Numbered from the stretch's first letter, positions 1-14,611 are shown. The stretch is 64,000 nucleotides of DNA from Eledone cirrhosa (GCA_964016885.1 OZ024740.1:369582001-369646000); one strand, 5' to 3'. Notes: a model not told the origin generated them from the letters alone. A program made the numbers and translations.

Positions 1-1630
1 ATAATGTGTATACTGAAAACACATTTCTATAACGTCCAATCTTTCCTCTACTTCATCACATTTTATAACTGTCTTTATTGTCTCTTTACTACTTTATTTC
101 TAGCAAGATTGAAATGTAAAGATAAAACGACATAGAAAAACATACAGAAAGTAAGAAACATAACGGTGATTATATCACACGTTTATTGCTTCATATTTTA
201 ATTAGCTAATCAGATTGATGACAATTGACTAGTTGATTAGGAGTGGGTCTGATTCTATTTACAAAGATAGAACTGATTAATTTTAAATACGATCCTTTTC
301 CTCTCGTCAAATGTCACCTGCCTGTTATATAATAGTTCTCCAATATCGATTTTACACGTTGAAGCATTACTCTTATTATTCTGCTTCTTAAATTAACTAA
401 AAAACACATTCAGTTTTCCCAGTCGACGTTTCATTAGATCATTGAAAGTATGAAAGAAAGTATGCTGAATTAATTGCCCGTCATTAATTTTGTTTATCAA
501 TCTAATGGTTCATTAACATACTGTTTCACTGCTATTCTATTAAGCAAGTTTCTCATTTTCTAACTATCCATTTCTCTCTTCCATTCGTATTCTTTATTGT
601 AGTGTCATAACCCCTTTCTCTCACTCTTTTCCTGGCTCTCATGTATCTTCAGTCTGATGAAAGAGAAATGCAAGAAGAACACAATCTTAGGAACAAATAA
701 CGACAAATCATAAATCTGCAATCATGATTCTGAATTGATTTAAAGAAATAATTTCAGATAGAAGAACAGCAGATGTACTCTAAATGTGTGAGATCTATAC
801 AGTTAGATACATAAAACTATATGTATATAATTACGTGAGGGTGATTTCGTATGATGAACGAATGGGTCCTCGATATATAAACACAGATATAATTTAACAC
901 AACACGCAGATTTAGATAGATATATAGGAACAAATACTTCCATATTTTTTGCCTATAAATCTTTAGATCCTCAATTAACAGAAGCTGAAAGAACTGCTGT
1001 AAAACCTCTAGATATAACACAAGGCCTAACGAACAACAAATAAATGTTTCTTAAAATGCATAATGAAGGACTATTCTATAACTATGTTGGATTTTGTCAC
1101 CTTTAATAGTGTTTAAATGTTTAATCAAAATCATTGTAGAAGGATTCACAGGCTCTACACTATCAGAAGCCACAGCCAGCTAACATCAACCCAACCCTTA
1201 TGCCACCTGATACATTTCCATTAAATCTCATCGTTTCAACCCACTATCCTAAACAACAAGCAACTAGTAGAAAAATGGATTTAACCTAATGTTCAATATT
1301 TGGTATATTTAGTAAATGCAAGCCTGGCCAAATCCAATCCCTCAGATTTTGATTAATAACGTTTTAATATTTCGACAGCTGGAATATTGGAGAATATTTA
1401 TGAAAACAGCTTTAGAAAATCTGGGAAAATAACTCCATATACTTTATAGAAGAGTGTGCATGCTTGGTCCTCTAACTTCTGAATGAGTCGTGGCGCCGCC
1501 ATATTAATATTCAGTGCTTCTTGGGTATTGTAACACCTGGCGGAGCTCGACCCCCGACTTGTCTAAATACTTCATATTCATTCCAGAGAAGGATAAAGAG
1601 AAAGGATGTGAGAAAGATATATTGAGTAAG

Positions 1631-1786
1631 AATCGACCCCAGTACTAAAGTGGTACATTTTTATCGACCTCAAAACGACGAAAACAAATTATCATTCATG
1701 GGATTTGAATTCGGAGAGCAATGAGCCAAACTGAATAAAGCAAAGCATTCATACCGAAATTCTAACGATTCTGTCAATTCGCCGCC
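1631..1786 (-). mobile_element. Diverged tRNA-derived SINE copy
   Basis: Degenerate match to the window's SINE (ttttatcgacc...ggatttgaattc...attctgtcaattcgccgcc). Confidence 0.7.
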
Positions 1787-1969
1787 TATATGGAAAGGAA
1801 GAGAGAAAGGGATAAATAGCGTGTGAGACTTTGGCTTGATAGAATAATAGTAAAACAGTATGTTAATAAAGCATTAAATTGATAAGCAAAAGTAATGATG
1901 GACAATGTATTCAGCATAATACACATTAAAACATTATTACACATGCATACGTATATATACATACATACA

Positions 1970-2815
1970 CCCAGGGAAATTGCCCAGCAGTACCGCAATG
2001 GATCCATGGATGAAAAACTACATGGTTATCAGCAAAAGATCATGCATGGATATGTTCCGGGAAGTTCCAGAACGAGAGTAATATAGATAACAAAAAAGTT
2101 GTCTATCTTGGACCACCAGCCACAATATTGGCTCCCACTTCGAAGGATATGCTTTAAACAATCCAGGAACAGTAAATCAACACAAAATACCTGATTCACA
2201 AAAGAGATAGGGAACCAGACAAAACACCTAGATGTGACAACAAGTGCAGACTCTGCAGAATTAACATCGCAGATGACACCCATGTAATAAGCAGCTGTCC
2301 AAAGATGTCATCACAGTACTATCTACCTGTGATGAATGATATATTGGCCAAATCATGGTACAATGCAATCGGTAGAAAGGATAGCGCCGATAACAAACAC
2401 ATTAAAAGCTACAGTAATATGAAAGAGTGCTGGTGGAATGTTCCAGTAAAAACCCCAATAAAATGCAGGCATAACAGACCAGATATGAAGCTATGGGACA
2501 GGAAAAAGAAGGCATGCACAGTAGTGGAAGTTAGCTGCTCAGCAGATGCCAATATATTATTAAAGATTAGCGAAAAGGAGAATGTCTATGCAGAACTAAT
2601 GAGAAATCTACAGAGACTCTTCCCTGGCTATACCATCAGATTTATGGCTTTGATTATTGGAGGACTTAGATATGTTAGCAACTTCCAAGGAACAAATCTT
2701 GAGAAGCTGAGCTTCACAGAAACAGAATGAACACGATTAGTTAGAACATTACAAGTACAATCCATGAATGGAACAGTAAAAATATGTAAAATATTCCAAA
2801 CAATCTGCATCTAAA
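1970..2815 (+). mobile_element. 5'-truncated R4/Dong-like RLE non-LTR retrotransposon fragment (pseudogenised)
   Basis: ORF 2305-2730 WWNVPVKTPIKCRHNRPDMKLWDRKKKACTVVEVSC is a restriction-like endonuclease PD..E motif; homologous to 23.4-24.4 kb and 11.9-12.3 kb. Confidence 0.85.
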
Positions 2816-4213
2816 AACTCTATGTGCACATATACAGATAAAAAGAATATACATGCACACATACAACTCAAAACAAACACCTCCACACCTACAATATCCT
2901 CAATACCTGCACACACATGCATACATACCTACTTAGTTGACGTGTAAATTCCAATGAGAGAGACGTATATCTATGTTAGAAACCGACTCTCTCGCTATTG
3001 GCAACAAATTGTGAAATTATAAATCCAGAGCAGACATACATATATAGCAGTTAAACTGTAAAAAATAGAAGTGTAGTTTATAGCATTAGATTCACAGAAG
3101 GACAATGTAGAAACAGGAAACAAAGCATTTATAAGTAAGACAGCTCGCATTATAGGAGGAAGGAGGAAAGAGCAATAACGAGAACAGGAAGACACGAATC
3201 ATTCATCAGTACTTTTCCAATATACCCGACTAAAGCATGAGGGCTCACTAGAAAGCATTGGCATATAAATTATGTCTACACACCAAACAGATGCAATGCT
3301 TAAGCATATTAAAGAAGCGAAGCATGTAACTTAAAGTAGGGCTAGGCACAATACAAAGCTTGACTGGAATAATAACAACCGACTAAGCAAAACATACGGG
3401 CACAGACGCGCAAATTCAAAAGGATCTTCATACAGATACACACACCCTCACACTCGTAGAATACAGACAGAGAATAACTACCTGGTGTTAGACAAAAGAA
3501 AAGAAGGAAGATATGCTCCAAAACCTATTTTACGCAGATATCAATATAAATACAGACACGAACATACGCACATATTCGGTATTCATTCGTATGATTCCAT
3601 GAATTAACTGTTCTAACAACAAATATTCATTTATAAACTACAATGAATATAGGAGAAGGTGTTTGAGAAGTAATAGAAGTAAACAATGGATTAATAGAAT
3701 TTCTGAAGGGAAAGTATACATGTTTCTTAGAGCAGAGCGAATCTTCTTAGATGGTAATTCAAGAAGCTCTTTGCAAAGTCCTGATTCTTTGAATGCTTTT
3801 GTTTTTTTTCATCATGCTTATATCAATATGTATATGTCAACAGATTGACAACAGGCTATTGTAATCTTTCTACATAAACGCTGTTAGAAAATTACAAACC
3901 AATATTTTATGAACATATATGACGTTCCGATCTTGTCATATGTTTACCGCTCTACAATTGTATAGATGTGAATCAAAAACGTTGAAACTACAGTTTTGAC
4001 GAGCCAGGTCATACAGGGAATGTCATAATATCCTCAAATTCGTATGTGATCGATTATACACAGGTTTCATGCAAATGATAGAGAATTAATAAACATATTA
4101 AATATTCCTAATCATGAGCAAATACAAAAAAATATGAAATATTTACATATCAATGCTACTGTCATAATATACGATATCTATCGTGGTGTTTTGCATATAT
4201 TAATAATAATAAT

Positions 4214-4317
4214 AATTGTTTCTACTCTAGGCACAAGGCCAGCAATTACCCAGTACATTACTGGTACTTTATTTTATCGACCCCGTAAGGATGAAAGGCA
4301 AAGTTAACCTCGGCGGG

Positions 4318-4319
<2 letters not shown>
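4214..4319 (-). mobile_element. tRNA-derived SINE, 3' half only
   Basis: gtttctact...ggcacaaggccagcaattacccagt...atcgaccccgtaaggatgaaaggcaaagttaacctcggcggga; ends against the (ATA)n tail of the Tx1 element. Confidence 0.9.

Positions 4320-4370
<51 letters not shown>
4320..4370. repeat. (ATA)n microsatellite, the 3' tail of the Tx1-like LINE
   Basis: Perfect ATA run adjacent to AATAAA-TGAAACC on the minus strand. Confidence 0.85.
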
Positions 4371-4371
<1 letters not shown>

Positions 4372-7300
4372 GTTTCATTTATTGGCCAAAAGGGCCGACA
4401 TATAGGGGAAAATACAAAAGACTGGAACAGTGGGGTTTTACAGAAAAATCGAGTAAACAATATGAATAGCAATAACAAAGTAACAATAACAAAGTAACAA
4501 TAAAGTAACAAGAAAATTACAACAAGAAAAAATTCCCCAATAGGTGGGGATGACCACCTAGGGTTCGCTCAGGTACCCCACCAGTCCTGAACGACCCGAC
4601 GCTTCGAGAACACCCTGGAAGGGCACCCCTCTCCTCCTCAAATTTACCTACCTACAGCTGCATGACCAGAGTAGGCCCACTCACACGGGCCATTCTCACC
4701 ACATTTACCCACTTTTCAGCAAATGTACTGGGGGGCAGCACTTCTCTCTCCACACTCACCTTCCTTTCCAAGTGAAACTTGAAAAAGTTGATGAGGGATT
4801 GGCCGAAGAGAAAAGAGTCTGTCTTCAGTCCTTTCAACCTCGTCCACCATACAACCTCTTTCGCTACTGCCACCAGGCAGAGGAAAATTGCCTGCCCTTC
4901 CTGGCCAAAAGAAGGCGGCGTTTCGATCTTCACTATGGACTCGGACCATAGCCGGATCCGTTCTACGCGTGACAACAGCTGTTCAACATAACTCATCAAC
5001 TCAGTAATGCACGGACATTGGACGAGTGCGTGCAGAACGGTTTCGTCGCTCTGCGCGCATCTCGGGCAGGTCCGTCTGACAGCACTTCCGTGCCTGTAGA
5101 GTTTATCTCGAACAGGCAGTGCCCCCGGTAGCACTGCCTAGCGAGGGATTTTGGGAAATTATCCACCGTCCACGGCACGAATGTCCTCCGGTACAGACTG
5201 GTTAGTTCGACTTCGTTGACTCCCAGAGCCACTCCGAGTGCGTCGTCGCATTTGCCCACCACTAATCATCTATAGAACTCGAGGGTGGAAGTTCCACTGA
5301 ACGCATTGCCCGGCTGGTAGAGGGCTGTGAGTGCCTGGCAACATTCCAGATGCCAGTCACCCAGTCTCGGTCTCTTATTGACCCAGGACTGCAGCTCAGT
5401 CAAAGAAACGAGCTGCGGAAATGCCCATCTGACAAACGGCGACCACACCTGTTCACCGTTTAGGCAGAATATATGGAGATGCCGCAGCCTCAGCGCGTGC
5501 CTGCGCATCATTAGGCACGCACGGCATGCCCAGCCCTCCACGTAGAGGCTGCTGGCAGCAGATGGACTGCCTCACCAGCGGAACCTGACCCCTCCACAAG
5601 AATTTGAAGAGGTGCCGCTCCAAGATGGCGAGGCGCGAACGAGGGCAAGGGACGATGGTCAGACGGTAGTAGATGACGGACGCGATATACGCGTTCGCCA
5701 CCTCCGCCCGACCTTTCAGTGATAGCTTCATCCCAGCCGATTTCTGGGTGAGACTGGCTACCCTGCCCGTCACCTCGTCCCAATTCTTATCCACCTGGAG
5801 GTCTGGCCCGAACCAAATCCCTAGCAACTTTACCCGCCCGTCCGTCCAGCGCCTAACGACGCTGTTAGACGGCATAGACTTGCCTCTCCAGGTGCCGAGT
5901 TGCAAGCCCACCGACTTTTACGGGTTAAGTTTTGCTTCCGTCAACCTTTCATATTCTTCCAATAATTTGCCGACCACCTCGATTTCTGAGGGGTCCGACA
6001 CCATCACGGTGATGTCGTCCGCATAAGCCGCCACAGCCTTTCCGCGTCCCGGTTCGAGCGGGATGCCCTGCAACAGCTCCAGCTTCCTCAGTAAAGGCTC
6101 GAGAGTCAATACGTAGAGAAGGGAGGAGAGAGGGCACCCTTGACGGACCGATCGGGAGACCTGAAACGGTTCCGAGAGGTGGCTATTCATTTTGACCATC
6201 GAGAAGGTGCCGCTGTGCATTGCAGCGATCCAGCTTCTGAAGACGGGGCCGTAGCCAGCCGCCTTGAAGACAGCCTCCAGGTACCGATGGTCGACCCTAT
6301 CGAATGCTTTCGATTGATCTAAATTGATTAGTGCCTCACCGAAGCCAGGTTTACACCCTACCATCTCTATGATGTATCGCATTAGGTGGAGGTTGTCGTG
6401 TATGGACCTGGTTGGGATTGTGCAAGTTTGCGCCTCCCCAACCAAATCCCCGACGACAAGCGCAAATCACTTCGCTAACACCCTGGGCAAAATCTTAAAC
6501 TCTGTGTTTAGCAGAGTTATGGGCCTGAAATTGTCTAATGTGTCCCTCTCGTTCTCGTCTTTCCTCATCAGCGTCACTACAACCCGGCTCACAGAACTGG
6601 GAATACTCCCGATTTGCTGCCAGTTGCAGTAGAGGGCTTCGAGGAGATTGGAGAACAAGTCTGGCATATTTACGTAAAGCTCTAGGGCAGACCATCCAAA
6701 CCGGGTGACTTGCGCCTCATGCAGACGACAAGGGCATCCTGAATCTCGGCTGAAGTAATTCGCCTTTCGCAGCGCCCAGCGTCAGCCGTCGAGAGTTGCG
6801 ACAAGCCATCGAGGTAGGGACTGAAGTCCGCCGCGATCTCTGACCCGCCACTTCCCCCTAACACCGAGGAAAATGTTGGCGAAAGGTCTCACACATCCTC
6901 TTGGAATTGCTCAGCTCGTGCCCGTCTCGGACCGTCAAAGACCGAATCGTGGTTTTATTACCACGCTGCGCCTCTGCCACGCGGGCCCATCGAACAGCTT
7001 TGGTTCCCTCGTTTCTCAGAGCACGCGCCTTATCTCTGACAATGCAACCTTCGTGTTTCGCATTGAAGAAATAGTCTAATGCCATTCTCACCGCTAGCAC
7101 GTCAGTTGCAATGCCACTACCAATAGCCTCGTCTAACTTATCTACCAAGTCCCCCCTCCTTTCTATTTTTCTCTAACGCTACTTCTTTGCTAAACTCTAT
7201 CGACATTACTCTAATCTCTCTTTTGAGAGCCCTCCCACCATCTATTGTTGACAACTCCCCCTGTCAACTTTTTCTTAACTAAATTGTTGACCTGGTCCCT

Positions 7301-8890
7301 GTAAGCCTTACGTGCCGGAAATGACATGTTTAGCTTCCAGTAACCAGCTACTAACCTACGCGTCTTATCTAGGTCGACCATACAGATCACAAACTTGTGA
7401 TCTGAATAGGTGACCGTTTCTAAACATGGACAGCTTACACTATTTCTGTCTATTTTCCTAATGAATATCCTGTCTATATACGATCTAGATGACCCTATGC
7501 GGTTAGCCCAGGTCCACACTGGCGCATTAGGGAAATCTATTTCGTACCTGTCAGATAGTTGGAACTGGCTGATCAGGTTCTCGACGCTTGTGCACCCCGC
7601 GCTCCAATCCAATACTCCCACACAGTCCCAGCGTGCGTCTAAGATGCCGTTCAAGTTTCCCGCTAACAGTAAAATGCGAGACGTACCCAGAGAGGATTCC
7701 GGTCGTCTAAAGAAGTCCGGCCGTCCTTTTCCGGTAGAGGCGTAGACGGCCACCAGTCTAAAGCACCACCTTCGCTATTGTTCAAGTCAAGGACCACCAA
7801 CTTAAGATCGACCTTACCTCGAGATCCGGGCCTTTTCTAAACTGCACTGCCGCCCCGCCTCCCATTCCCGGCCGGCTAACAGATGCAAAAATCTGATAGT
7901 CGTCGAAAATGGTGGCTAGTGCGCGCGTGTCGGAAATCCTGGTCTCGCTGACGGCAATTACATCCATTTCTATAGACCTGAGGTCGTTGAGCAGGTGACC
8001 CTTCTTCCAGGACGATCCCAGGCCTCGAACATCTAAACATCCTACTCTTAATACGGCCATGTTGGCAGGTTAAAAAGAGAGAGAGGAAGGTTTACTTGCC
8101 ATCCGGGCTCTTGTGAAGGTCGAGTGTTTGACCTCCATAGTTGTTAGGATTTCTTATGAGAACCCCTTTAAAATCTTGAAGTGGGTTTTACGTTCGGGGT
8201 TCCCACGTCCCTAGGAAAGCTGTCTCGTATTTCTTTGAATATATCGAGCGACATTCGCACCAGGACCAAATCTTCCGGCACGCGATATGTGCTTGATTTT
8301 AAAATGTCCCCCTCTTTTTGTATATTTTCACTTCGTGCTACGAGGGCCTTCAGTTCCTTGTTGGCCCTCCTGACGAGCACGAAGTTTTGTATGTTTTGTT
8401 GGTGTGATTTTATTTATTTGCGTGGCTGTGGTGGTGATGGTTTTGGTGGTGTTGTTTCGGTTGTATCTGTGTTTGTTGTGAGTGCGGTGTCTGTGGTTTC
8501 AGATATTTGTGTGTATATTTGTTCTTGCGTCTGTTTAGGTTGTTTGCGTTTGGGGGATTCTGGTGATGGTGATGGTGGTGTTGTTGTTGGTGTTATTGGA
8601 GAGATGTTTGCGTCCGTGGTGTCTGCGTTTTTTATTGTGGGTGATTTTGTGCTTTGTTGAGTTTTTTTTTTCTTTTTGTGTTTCCTTTTTTTGTATTTTG
8701 GGGGATTTTGGTTTTCCCTCATCTTCACTACTGGTAGATGAGAGGGTCTGAGTCTGTAAGTGTTTCTGTATGTATGTTTATAGTTTTATTGGTGTGTGTA
8801 TATTTGAGGGGAAGAGGAATTTGACAGCTTTCCTCGTTTCCCTGCTGGGTGGTCAATGTTGCTGGTTTTGCCGGTGCTGGTGTTGGTTGT
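4370..8890 (-). mobile_element. Tx1/L1-clade LINE, near full-length and frameshifted (partial ORF1; ORF2 APE endonuclease-RT-zf-RVT)
   Basis: APE: LRVGCLDVRGL, VIAVSET, WTW, SYIDRIF, YSDHK, GYWKLN. RT: KSPGLDGLP, NFRPITLLNTEFKI, LDQSKAFDRV, VRQGCPLS, AYADD. C-terminal CPRCAQSDETVLHALVQC. 3' AATAAA plus (ATT)n. Confidence 0.93.
4652..8060 (-). pseudogene. Disrupted ORF2 (APE-RT-zinc finger) of the Tx1-like LINE
   Basis: Consecutive ORF-track fragments from 7782-8060 to 4652-5134 in different frames. Confidence 0.9.
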
Positions 8891-8899
8891 GGTCCTCGC

Positions 8900-11800
8900 C
8901 CCGGTGTAGGGAGCAGTTCGAATAACGGTGAAGAGGAGACTGGAACGTCATGTGACAGACTCTCATCCTTGGCTCAGCAGCAGGAACCTGATTGTCAACC
9001 AAATACTGCTGGTGTCGGAGGAAGAAGAAGAAGGAAAGGGACCAGACCAACTGGATGAAAGAATTGAATAGAACTGTTATGCAATGTTACCTGAAGAGTA
9101 ACCCCAAGGAGAAAGGCTATAATAAACGGATGCATAACATCTGGAACGAGATTGGTCTATTTAAATTAGATGAACAAAAATTGTCCGGGCAGGCTCGGGT
9201 ATTAAGGACTAATGGGTGGATAAGCGAGCTGGAACTGGAGGAACTGAGCAGAGAGACTAGGTTGCAAATGGAGAGTGGAGTATGCCAGGCAAACGAGCCA
9301 GTGGGAAATGAAGGTGAAGAGGTTGAGAACACGGAGGAACCATCCGAAGCAGACAATGATATGAATGCTGAAATAAATAATACCTGGAACAAGGATAAGG
9401 CCATTGAGGAGATGAATACTGTCGGGCTAGGACAAGATGTGGTTGAAATCCGAAACTTAGTGGTAGATGAAATTAACAATGATAGTGGGAAACCTATGTA
9501 CCTAAGATTTGTAGACAGGAAAAAGTTAAAAGAAACAACAGCTAAGGTAAACAAAGTCATCCCATACCTTGAGGCGAGGAGCTTTCACCAGTGCAACAAT
9601 GTCCTCAAAGTAACAGCAAATACGGTGAGCAAATTACTTGGCATAAAAGCGAGTGTAAACAACAAACAAGAAAGATCAGAACCTAGGTGGAAGAAACGAC
9701 TCAATGGTCAAATCAGGGAAATGAGAAATGAGATTGGAAAGCTTGACTCCCTACTATATGGGACATTAAAAACCATAGACACTAAAAATAGACTGGAAAT
9801 AAAGAACAGAACTGGGAGGAAAAAGCTAAATATTATCATAGAGGAACTGAATCAACGCATTGTAGCAAAGAGTGCAAAAGTTAGGCGATACGAGAGCAGA
9901 GTCAGTCAGTATAGTCACAACCGCATGTTTGACAACAACCAGAAGATGTTGTTTGGATAGTTTGAAGGGAAAGAAAGAGGCAACAACTTGATCCTTGAGG
10001 CGGAACAAACTAAGACATGTTGGAGAGGAATATGGAGCAGGATGTTAAACTTAATGACCAGGCAGTGTGGATTGAAACAGTACAAAGGGAGATTAGTGAA
10101 CAGGCACACCAACAAACTGATTTGGGTATCACAGTTGAAACTCTTAAGGGGCAGGCCAAAACACTAACCAACTGGAAATCATCAAGCCCAGATGGTGTGC
10201 AGGGGTATTGGATTAAAAATATAACATCCCTCCACCCTAAACTGACAGCCATGTTCAATGACTGCTTGATGTCAGGTGAGGTACCAGAGTGGTTTGCAAA
10301 AAGTACCACAGTTCTGATAATGAAAGACCGAATCAAGGGTAATGATGTTACCAACTATAGACCTATCACATGTCTGTCCTTAATGTGGAAACTTTTAACA
10401 AGCATTGTGTCTGAGGAAATCTACCATCACCTCCACACAAACAACTTGTTACCGAACAGAAAAGATGCCGAAAGAAGTTCCGTGGTACAAAGGACAGTTA
10501 CTTATTGATAAGATGGTAATGAGGAATTGCAAGAGAAGTTACACTGGTCTTGCCATGGGATGGATAGACTACAAAAAGGCATTTGACATGGTGCCTCATT
10601 CTTGGATCACCAAAAGCCTAGAGATCTTCAAGGTGTCAGATAACATCAGACAGTTGTTGAGCAAAAGTATAAAGTCCTGGAAAACAGAGTTAACATCAGC
10701 TGGAAAATCCTTGGAAGGCGTGAAGATCAAGAGATGTATCTTCCAGGGAGATAGTCAGTCCCCTCTGTTGTTTGTCCTTGCCCTGATGCCCCTGACCATT
10801 ATACTGCGAAAAGTGAGAGAAGGATCCAAGTTGGGAAAGGGAGAGCTTACCATCAATCACCTCCTCTTAGTGGACGATATTAAGCTCTTCGGGAAGAGAA
10901 AGAAGGAGGTGGATGTGCTTGTTGACACTGTCCGTATTTTCAGCAATGATATATGTATGCAATTTGGTATTAGTAAGTGTGGAGTCCTTGTGGTGAAGAG
11001 GGGTAAATTGATCAGTCAGAAGCAACGGAATCCATGTACCAACAGGTGAGATGATAAAGGAAATTGACACTGAAGAAGGATACACGTATTTGGGTCTTCT
11101 GGAGGCTGATGACATCAAGAACAAAAACATGAAGGAATTGATAAGATATGAATACATTCGGAGAGTAAGGTGCGTATTAAAGTCACATCTGAACAGTAGA
11201 AATGCCATAAGTGCAGAGCTGTGTCTATTATTAGGTACAATGAGGGGATTCTGCGATGAAATGTTGCTGAACAAAAAGAAATGGATAGGAAGACTAGGAA
11301 GCTATTGACTATCTACAACATGATCCACAAGAGGAGTGATGTCGATAGACTCTACTTAAGGAGATCTGAAGGTGGAAGAGGTCTTATCAGCATAGAGGAC
11401 TGTGTTCAGATGGAGAAAAACAACCTACACAAATACGTGACTGATAGTAAGGAGCCAATGCTCAGAATTGTACTGAAGGAGAGTTCTATAAGACCAGGGA
11501 TGTCCAAGGAGCAAATAACAACGAGGAGAACGAGCTGACTTCATGAAAAATCCCTTCATAGTACCTTCTTTGAGAAAACTGAATTCAGAGATCCACAGAC
11601 ATGGAACTGGTTGAAAAGAGGAGACCTTAAAAATGCTATAGAAGGAATGCTAAAGGCTGCGCAAGAGCAGGCCCTCAAAACGAAGTGGCTGAAACACCAT
11701 ATTTACAAGGAGGAGGTTAGCCCACTGTGCAGGGTCTGTGGAGAGAGAGAGAAGATTGTGGCTCACATTGTATCCGAGTGTAAACACCTAGCCCAGACTC

Positions 11801-12385
11801 ACTATAAGGGCTGGAGACATGATGTGATGGGCAGGGTGGTCCACTGGCACCTATGCAAAGTAAACAATTTCCCACATTCTGAGAAGTGGTATTAGCATAA
11901 GCCAGAGTCGGTGATAGAAAACGATCAGGTGAAGGTGCTGTGGGATTTTAGGACACAGACGGACAAGAAACTGGAACACAATAGACCTGACCTGTTGGTT
12001 TTGGAAAAGGAAAAAAGATCGTGCCTGATTGTGGATGTGGATGCCCATTCGACACGAGAGTGCAAGAGAAGGAGAGGGAGAAAATTAACCGATACCAGGA
12101 CTTAAAGTGGGAGGTAAAAGGGATTTGGAACTGCCATGAAGTCAAAGTGGTCCCGATTGTCATAGGCGCACTAGGTACTATCTCAAAAAGTTTCCAGGGA
12201 TGGTTAAAGAAAATTGGCCCCGCCCCGCTTTTTGGAACACTTCGCAAGGCATGCTTGCTGGGAACAGCAAAAACCCTCCGATACGTCCTGAATATCTGAG
12301 GCTGCAGGTAGTGACTTGATATTCATTTCAACAAACTTTCCAGTTAACTAACATCAATGACTGAGACTCAAAAACAATATCAATA
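8900..12385 (+). mobile_element. R4/Dong-clade RLE non-LTR retrotransposon, near full-length and frameshifted
   Basis: R4-type N-terminus (NRTVMQCYLKSNPKEKGYNKRMHNIW...EQKLSGQAR); RT WKSSSPDGVQGYWIK, NYRPITCL, IDYKKAFDMVPH, IFQGDSQSP, HLLLVDD; CRVC..HIVSEC; HNRPDL..D endonuclease; degenerate (AAT)n 3' end. Confidence 0.92.
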
Positions 12386-13825
12386 ATATCTTCATCGATA
12401 TAATACAAAAAAAACAACATTACAATAATGTATGGCTTGTGTTTGGTTTTATCTAAATTGTATTAGTTGAGCCGAATATTCTTCGGTAAATTCATGTCAG
12501 CTTTTCTAGATCGAAATACATTGTCTCCCGTATAATGTTTGCAGATAGCGAATTAAACGACGGTCGCATTTTCCGGAAACTGTATGAAATAAAAGATACG
12601 ATAGAATTTCATTTTGATTTGCAACGTATCGTTTATAGGAATGAGTCTGCTGTACAGGTTTATTTAGAATAACTGTTATACAGGTTTCTGTAGAACGACT
12701 CTGTTATTCAGATAACAGAATACTTATATTGAAAGTTATGAAGCTGGAAACGGATCCAACTTAATAACGCTTGTTCCACTTTCAAATACGTTACTTTCAT
12801 CTATTTTCGGTAAGATACTTTAATTCCTTCACATAAAATCAACGTTAAAGATAGCAATTGTTATTCCAATCATAAAGCTGTCATGAGAGGCCGATATAAG
12901 CAAACCACCGAACAATCAATCTCCATATTTCCCTCTCTTTCTACGTTCGATTATATATATTTCCATCTTTCCCATCTCCTTAAACAAATTCCCCATCCCA
13001 TTTTTTATATATATCTATCTCTTCGTATTTGTCCAACATTTTCTAGCTTTCTCTCTTGTAGTTCTGTCTGATTATTTCCGTCTCGTGTATATATTTCTAT
13101 ATGTAACTCTTTCCCGTTCACCCCTTCTAGAGTGTGGATAACTAAATGTTCTGTTTAAGGAAATAACCACGCGGTTCCCTCATAATTATCTTATATTCAG
13201 CTTACACACATAAACACACGCCGTCTTTATTTGATTGAAAAACAAATTATTGTTACTGATGATTAAATGGTTAGAAGGATATATTTTCCCCAGGGTGGTT
13301 GTGGTTGATCTATGATAATATACACAATATAGATGAATAAAAAAAATGATAGATGTCTAGGTTTGATTGTGTATGATGTTTAAAAAGGCACCATAATTCG
13401 CATGATAATGTAAGTGTTGATGGCGGTAATTCTAATAATTTTGAATAATGAGAATCAATGAATATTGAAGATTTATGTTGCTATATTTACAATAAACCAC
13501 CATCTTTAATGTATCAATTCTTATAATGATAATATATATTTCACATATTTAATTGAAACCCAGGAACTTTGTTTCCGTTTTCTTCAAAAACCCTTACCTC
13601 GTCCCATTTGCTTTAGTTTTCTATTTGGTTAAGACGTACATTTCGATATGATATCATTACTGCAAGGTTCATTGAATTGTGTAATATGAGGATCAGATGG
13701 GCAGGCTTATGATCATAAGTTTTCAGTTCTTGACCATCCTTTTCTAGAGTATTTCCATTGCGATGCTCATTTGCTCTGAAAGCATGTCATTTGAATTTAT
13801 TTGGCTCATATTTCCAGCAGATAAT

Positions 13826-13877
13826 AAACTGGAGGCAATAATGGATACTTTAAAGTATCCATTATTGCCTCCAGTTT
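13826..13877. repeat. Perfect 52-bp palindrome with no spacer
   Basis: aaactggaggcaataatggatacttt|aaagtatccattattgcctccagttt. Confidence 0.95.
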
Positions 13878-14611
13878 CAATGATAGTTGTAACCAAATGA
13901 TACATGAAAGTGTATTAATGCTCTAATGTCCTTGTATACGGTAGTAGGATTATCCCTAGAATGAATTAATGTTTCACGATTTCAATTTGCTTTTTGATCA
14001 ATCTCAATACCCATATATGCACCTCGACAAAAACACTCAATAAATCAACGAACCAATGCGATTCCTATATGTAATCATGATGATCAACCAACATCCTGCT
14101 AGCAGATCTCTGCTCAAATTAATTCAATTTATAATAAATCTGTTTACGTTTCTCTCGAGAGATATTAGTCAATATAGTATGTAAATTAATTACTGAAAAT
14201 AATTCTAGTCAAATCCAATTATATAATTAAAAAGGAAAATTAAATATTTGCAGTTATTTCAAGTCACACCCTCTTGACGAAAATAGACGCTGGGATAGGC
14301 TGGAAGAATTTACTGCTGCGAAGAAAGGTGAACAGTAGGAAGAGGGAGTAATGAGAAAGCAAAAGTTAAGGAGAGGAAGAGAAGAAGAGGGTTAGAGAGA
14401 TACAGGGAAGAAAACAGGTTGCGATAAACTGTGAAAATCACAGTGAGGGAATAGGCATAAATAATTTTATCTTAGGAAAATGTTGTGTAATATTTCATCC
14501 AATAGTATCCAAAATCTAGTACAATATGCATATAAACAAAACAAGAAAACTGGCAACACAAACAAACAAGACATTCACATATAATCGTTCTCCAACTACC
14601 TTCATATTATT

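Noticed and set aside
650-672. ctgatgaaagagaaa resembling a hammerhead core
   Set aside because: No stem II or stem I can form
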